The position numbers and the translations under genes are program-made. This document shows positions 28,648-32,000 of a DNA stretch of 32,000 bases, in pieces (the stretch's first letter is position 1; each line of letters starts with the position of its first letter). The notes below the pieces were generated by a model that saw nothing but the letters and a program-made list of their open reading frames with translations, had not been told where the DNA came from and searched no databases. This DNA is from Methanococcus maripaludis (GTDB taxonomy: Archaea > AGJL01 > Methanococci > Methanococcales > Methanococcaceae), in assembly GCF_002945325.1 (NCBI RefSeq), contig NZ_CP026606.1:1290001-1322000 (forward strand), given 5' to 3'.

Positions 28648-29796
28648 ATGATAGAAATCAAAAAAAATCCAATGTACAATTACCTCTTTTTTCTAATAGT
28701 TGCAGCCGCAATTTCTCATCAGGTTTGGGGAACGCTTTTTAACAATTTTGCAGTGGACGTTGTCGGTATAAATGGATTTCAAATGGGTTTAATCCAGTCT
28801 ATTCGAGAAATACCTGGTTTTTTAACGTTTCTTGTAATTTATGTACTTTTAGTGATAAAAGAACACAGGCTTTCAGCGCTTTCAACAATTTTAATGGGTT
28901 TTGGTGTTGCAATAACCGGATTATTCCCAACAGTTCAAGGTTTAATTATCACGACGTTTTTAATGTCTTTGGGATTTCACTATTTTGAAACAACCAATAA
29001 ATCGCTTACACTCCAGCACTTTAATAAAAAAGAGGCGCCAGTAGTTTTTGGAAGATTTAGTAGCTACGGTGCAATCGCAAGTATTATTGCAGGATTTTTT
29101 ATATGGTTAAGTGTTAAACTGTTGCCTATATGGACAAATTATCTAATTTATGGGATAGTTATAATGTTAATCGGGGTTTATTCACTTTTTAAAAATCCAA
29201 TCTTTAAAGAAACGGTCCCACAAAGAAAAGGAATGGTTGTAAAGAAAAAATACTGGTTATACTACGTTTTAAACTTTTTAAGTGGTGCAAGAAGGCAGAT
29301 CTTTATCGCATTTGCAGTATTTTTACTGGTTCAAAACTATGGATTTAGTGTTTCTGAAGTTGCAGTATTATTTGTTTTAAACAATTTATTGATCTATTTC
29401 ACGGCTCCAAAGGTTGCAGAGGGAATAAATAATTTGGGGGAACGAAAGATGCTTACAATAGAATATGTGACGTTAACGTTCGTTTTCTTAGGTTATGCAT
29501 TTATTGAAAACAGGAATATTGCAGTTTTACTCTACATAATCGACCATATCGTATTCAGCTTTGCTATCGGGATAAATACATACTTTCAAAAAACCGCAGA
29601 TTCCGAAGATATCGCGCCGTCAATGGGTGTTGGATTTGCAATAAATCATATTTCGGCAGTTATAATTCCTGTGGTTGGCGGAATCTTGTGGATGGCAAAC
29701 TGGAAGACTCCATTTATCATGGGTGCAGTATTTAGTGTAATTTCGCTATTTTTTGTCCAGAAAATTCCAAAACACATAAAAATTCTACAAAATTAA
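28648..29796 (+). CDS. MFS permease, substrate unknown
   Basis: 382 aa, about twelve hydrophobic segments, two-fold organisation. Confidence 0.85.
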   Translation: MIEIKKNPMYNYLFFLIVAAAISHQVWGTLFNNFAVDVVGINGFQMGLIQSIREIPGFLTFLVIYVLLVIKEHRLSALSTILMGFGVAITGLFPTVQGLIITTFLMSLGFHYFETTNKSLTLQHFNKKEAPVVFGRFSSYGAIASIIAGFFIWLSVKLLPIWTNYLIYGIVIMLIGVYSLFKNPIFKETVPQRKGMVVKKKYWLYYVLNFLSGARRQIFIAFAVFLLVQNYGFSVSEVAVLFVLNNLLIYFTAPKVAEGINNLGERKMLTIEYVTLTFVFLGYAFIENRNIAVLLYIIDHIVFSFAIGINTYFQKTADSEDIAPSMGVGFAINHISAVIIPVVGGILWMANWKTPFIMGAVFSVISLFFVQKIPKHIKILQN

Positions 29797-29850
29797 TTAT
29801 TAATTAAAAAATATAATTTGATTTATCAATAAAATTTCAAAGGTGGATTT

Positions 29851-30096
29851 ATGAAAATAAGAGTATTTGGTATGGGATGTTCAAAATGCAATGAAACGTA
29901 CGAAAACGTTAAAAAAGCAGTTTTGGAGATGAACATTGACGCAGAAATTGAAAAAGTAACGGATATAAAAGAAATTTCTGAATGGGTATTAATGGCTCCA
30001 GCAGTTGCATTTGATGAAGACATTATATTTGAAGGAACTGCTCCTTCAGTAAATGATTTAAAAAAAGAACTTAAAGATTATTTAAACTCGAACTAA
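29851..30096 (+). CDS. Small thioredoxin-fold redox-active disulfide protein (TIGR00412-like)
   Basis: MKIRVFGMGCSKCNETYENVKKAV (CSKC); MAPAVAFDEDIIFEGTAPSVNDLKKEL; AAAGGTGG SD. Confidence 0.85.
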   Translation: MKIRVFGMGCSKCNETYENVKKAVLEMNIDAEIEKVTDIKEISEWVLMAPAVAFDEDIIFEGTAPSVNDLKKELKDYLNSN

Positions 30097-30137
30097 TTTT
30101 AGAAACTATTAATTTATTATTTTAGCTTATTTTAAAC

Positions 30138-30992
30138 CTATTTTATTAGCAGTGAAGCATATCCAACGACTTCTGAATAATCTTTTGTAACATCACCAGA
30201 AGTTGAATAATAAAGTAAATATGAGGTCCTAGCACCCAAATCTTTCATTGCTTTGACCATTGCAATAACTGGCCCGTATCCGCACATGCTTATATTGTGT
30301 GTTACAACATCAGTGAATATTTCTTCATCATTTAATTTTAAAATGTCTTTTATAACAACTGCATCTTTTTTTGAAGCCTGTTCTTGGGGTTCGTAGTGTG
30401 AAAAGTCTGTAGAAGCAATTATTACAATTTTTCTGTTTAATTCCCTTGCAACTTTTGCAATAACATACCCTACATCAATACAAGAGTCATAATCCTGCAT
30501 CATCATAGATATTGGGACAAATTTGAATTTTGCGATATTTAGGTCTTCAAGATGCTTTAAAAATGGTAGCTGTACTTCTATTGAGTGTTCTCTCAAATGT
30601 GAATTTTCATCCATATCTAAAATATCGCATTCTTTCCATAATCTGTCAGCAAATTCGTTATCGATTTCCATATCTCCAAAAGGCGTTTTCCATGTCCCTT
30701 TCATGGTGGCAATTCCAGAACCAAGTCCCGTATGGTTTGGACCAAGAATTATCGCGGTGATTTCTCCGCTGATGTTTTCAGATATTTTTTTGTACCCGTG
30801 TGCGGCAACAGGTCCAGAGTAGATATATCCTGCATGTGGCGATACGATTCCAAGCGGTTTTGTGTATTTTCCCCGTTTTGAAGGCAGTTCTTTAGGGCCC
30901 CTTGGGTTCAAATAGCAGTATTCGATCATTTCAAGTAATTCATGGTATTCAGCAGGATAAAACATCCCTGCAACAACAGGATTTCTGGTCAT
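30138..30992 (-). CDS. MEMO1 family protein
   Basis: [12 protein letters not shown]; [23 protein letters not shown]; LGPNHTGLG; [15 protein letters not shown]; [13 protein letters not shown]. Confidence 0.93.
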   Translation of the reverse strand: MTRNPVVAGMFYPAEYHELLEMIEYCYLNPRGPKELPSKRGKYTKPLGIVSPHAGYIYSGPVAAHGYKKISENISGEITAIILGPNHTGLGSGIATMKGTWKTPFGDMEIDNEFADRLWKECDILDMDENSHLREHSIEVQLPFLKHLEDLNIAKFKFVPISMMMQDYDSCIDVGYVIAKVARELNRKIVIIASTDFSHYEPQEQASKKDAVVIKDILKLNDEEIFTDVVTHNISMCGYGPVIAMVKAMKDLGARTSYLLYYSTSGDVTKDYSEVVGYASLLIK

Positions 30993-31038
30993 AATCTCAT
31001 CCCCAAAGTTATCTACTCTAATTTATTTTTTTAAGGAT

Positions 31039-32000
31039 TTATATTATTTTCAAATTTCCATTTCCAAATAGCATGATAATACCCGCAAGAATTAAGAGAT
31101 TTGAGAACCAGAATATTATGGTAAATATTGATAATTTTCTTGCTTTTTCAATTTCCCACCATTTGTAAGGGGTTATGCCGTAAATATAAAACAATGATGC
31201 AGATGCAAAGTTAACTGAGATTATATTTACAATAAATAGTATCAGAATCGGGACTGATTCTAAGTAATATCCTGAACCAAGCATTAAACCAAATGCAACT
31301 AATGGTGGCATCAGGGCAACTGCAATCATAACTCCAACAACTGTTGACGAAATTTCAGGGATTAACATTGAAAGTGTACCAACAAACCCTGCTGAAAGTG
31401 CAATTACAATATTTTGCAAGCCTAAATTCATTCTGGATGCAACTTGGGGGCTTTCAGGACTTACGTGTATGAATGTTCCAATAAAGAATGAAAATACGAG
31501 TACTGTTAAAATTCCCAATATTAAATTTTTCAAAGATTTTTTTGCAAGGGATGTATCCATTACTGCAATTGAGAACGTGAATGAAATCATGGGACTTAAA
31601 AAAGGTGCAATTATCATGGAACCAATTATCAATGCAACATCATCTAACCATATTCCAATAGATGCAACAACCGCAGCTAAAAATAATAATGAGTAATATT
31701 CTTTTGAAAGGTTTGATATATCCCCTATTTTTCCAATTATTTCATGTCTTGAAACTCTTTTTGGGGTTTTATCTTCAACTTCTACTTTTTCTTCTTTTTT
31801 GATTTCCGGAATCGTTGCGGTGGGTTCAGTTACAAGTATTCTGAAATTCGATCCGCCGTATTTTGAGGAGAGTACATCGATTACTTTTTCAACGTGTTCT
31901 GTTTCGGTAAGTAACCTGATTACAGTATAATTTGATTCTTCGCAAATGCTGTGCCAGATAATGTTTTCAAGGTTATCTCCAAGCGATTCTTCGTATCCTG
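31039..32000 (-). CDS. DUF389 (TIGR00341) membrane protein, N-terminus beyond right edge
   Basis: Frame stays open past the ORF-track start (31632): ...NIIWHSICEESNYTVIRLLTETEHVEKVIDVLSSKYGGSNFRILVTEPTATIPEIK...SLLFLAAVVASIGIWLDDVALIIGSMIIAPFLSPM... Confidence 0.85.
   Translation of the reverse strand, partial: GYEESLGDNLENIIWHSICEESNYTVIRLLTETEHVEKVIDVLSSKYGGSNFRILVTEPTATIPEIKKEEKVEVEDKTPKRVSRHEIIGKIGDISNLSKEYYSLLFLAAVVASIGIWLDDVALIIGSMIIAPFLSPMISFTFSIAVMDTSLAKKSLKNLILGILTVLVFSFFIGTFIHVSPESPQVASRMNLGLQNIVIALSAGFVGTLSMLIPEISSTVVGVMIAVALMPPLVAFGLMLGSGYYLESVPILILFIVNIISVNFASASLFYIYGITPYKWWEIEKARKLSIFTIIFWFSNLLILAGIIMLFGNGNLKII

Noticed and set aside
1-32000. CRISPR array, transposase, phage, toxin-antitoxin or restriction system
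   Set aside because: No regularly spaced repeats, transposase motifs, integrase or defence-type gene clusters were seen; nearly all sequence is accounted for by conserved housekeeping genes.
1-32000. tRNA or rRNA genes
   Set aside because: No GC-rich cloverleaf-like segments or rRNA-like stretches noticed in the intergenic regions; not tested with a covariance model.

Overview
The window reads as a compact euryarchaeal chromosome segment. Gene content, order and AT bias are most consistent with Methanococcus, probably M. maripaludis (inference from recall; no search was run). From left to right it contains: (i) the N-terminal portion of an AglB/STT3 oligosaccharyltransferase (runs off the left edge, minus strand), divergent from an AglH-like GlcNAc-1-P transferase; (ii) a long minus-strand ribosomal protein cluster, read right to left as rpl22-rps3-rpl29-aIF1/SUI1-rpp29-rps17-rpl14-rpl24-rps4e-rpl5-rps14-rps8-rpl6-rpl32e-rpl19e-rpl18-rps5-rpl30-rpl15-secY; (iii) EF-1beta, a Zn-ribbon protein, an MfnE-like kinase, an M20 peptidase and SMC; (iv) a plus-strand set with an aminotransferase, Hef helicase/nuclease, aroD, rtcB, asd, a small Zn-ribbon protein, an MFS permease and a CxxC thioredoxin-fold protein, with a DUF371-type protein between aroD and rtcB on minus; (v) MEMO1-family and DUF389 proteins on minus, the latter running off the right edge. 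The supplied ORF track omits two edge-truncated genes (aglB, DUF389 N-terminus) and three short genes (rps14, two Zn-ribbon proteins), which I recovered by hand. I see no CRISPR array, transposon, prophage, tRNA or rRNA, and no convincing new multi-gene system. The best leads are small: paired palindromic sites upstream of the aminotransferase, an 8-bp-arm inverted repeat upstream of the MFS gene next to a redox-protein gene, a 69-aa ORF where the S10-operon order breaks, and a UUG-start secY behind an unusually large gap.
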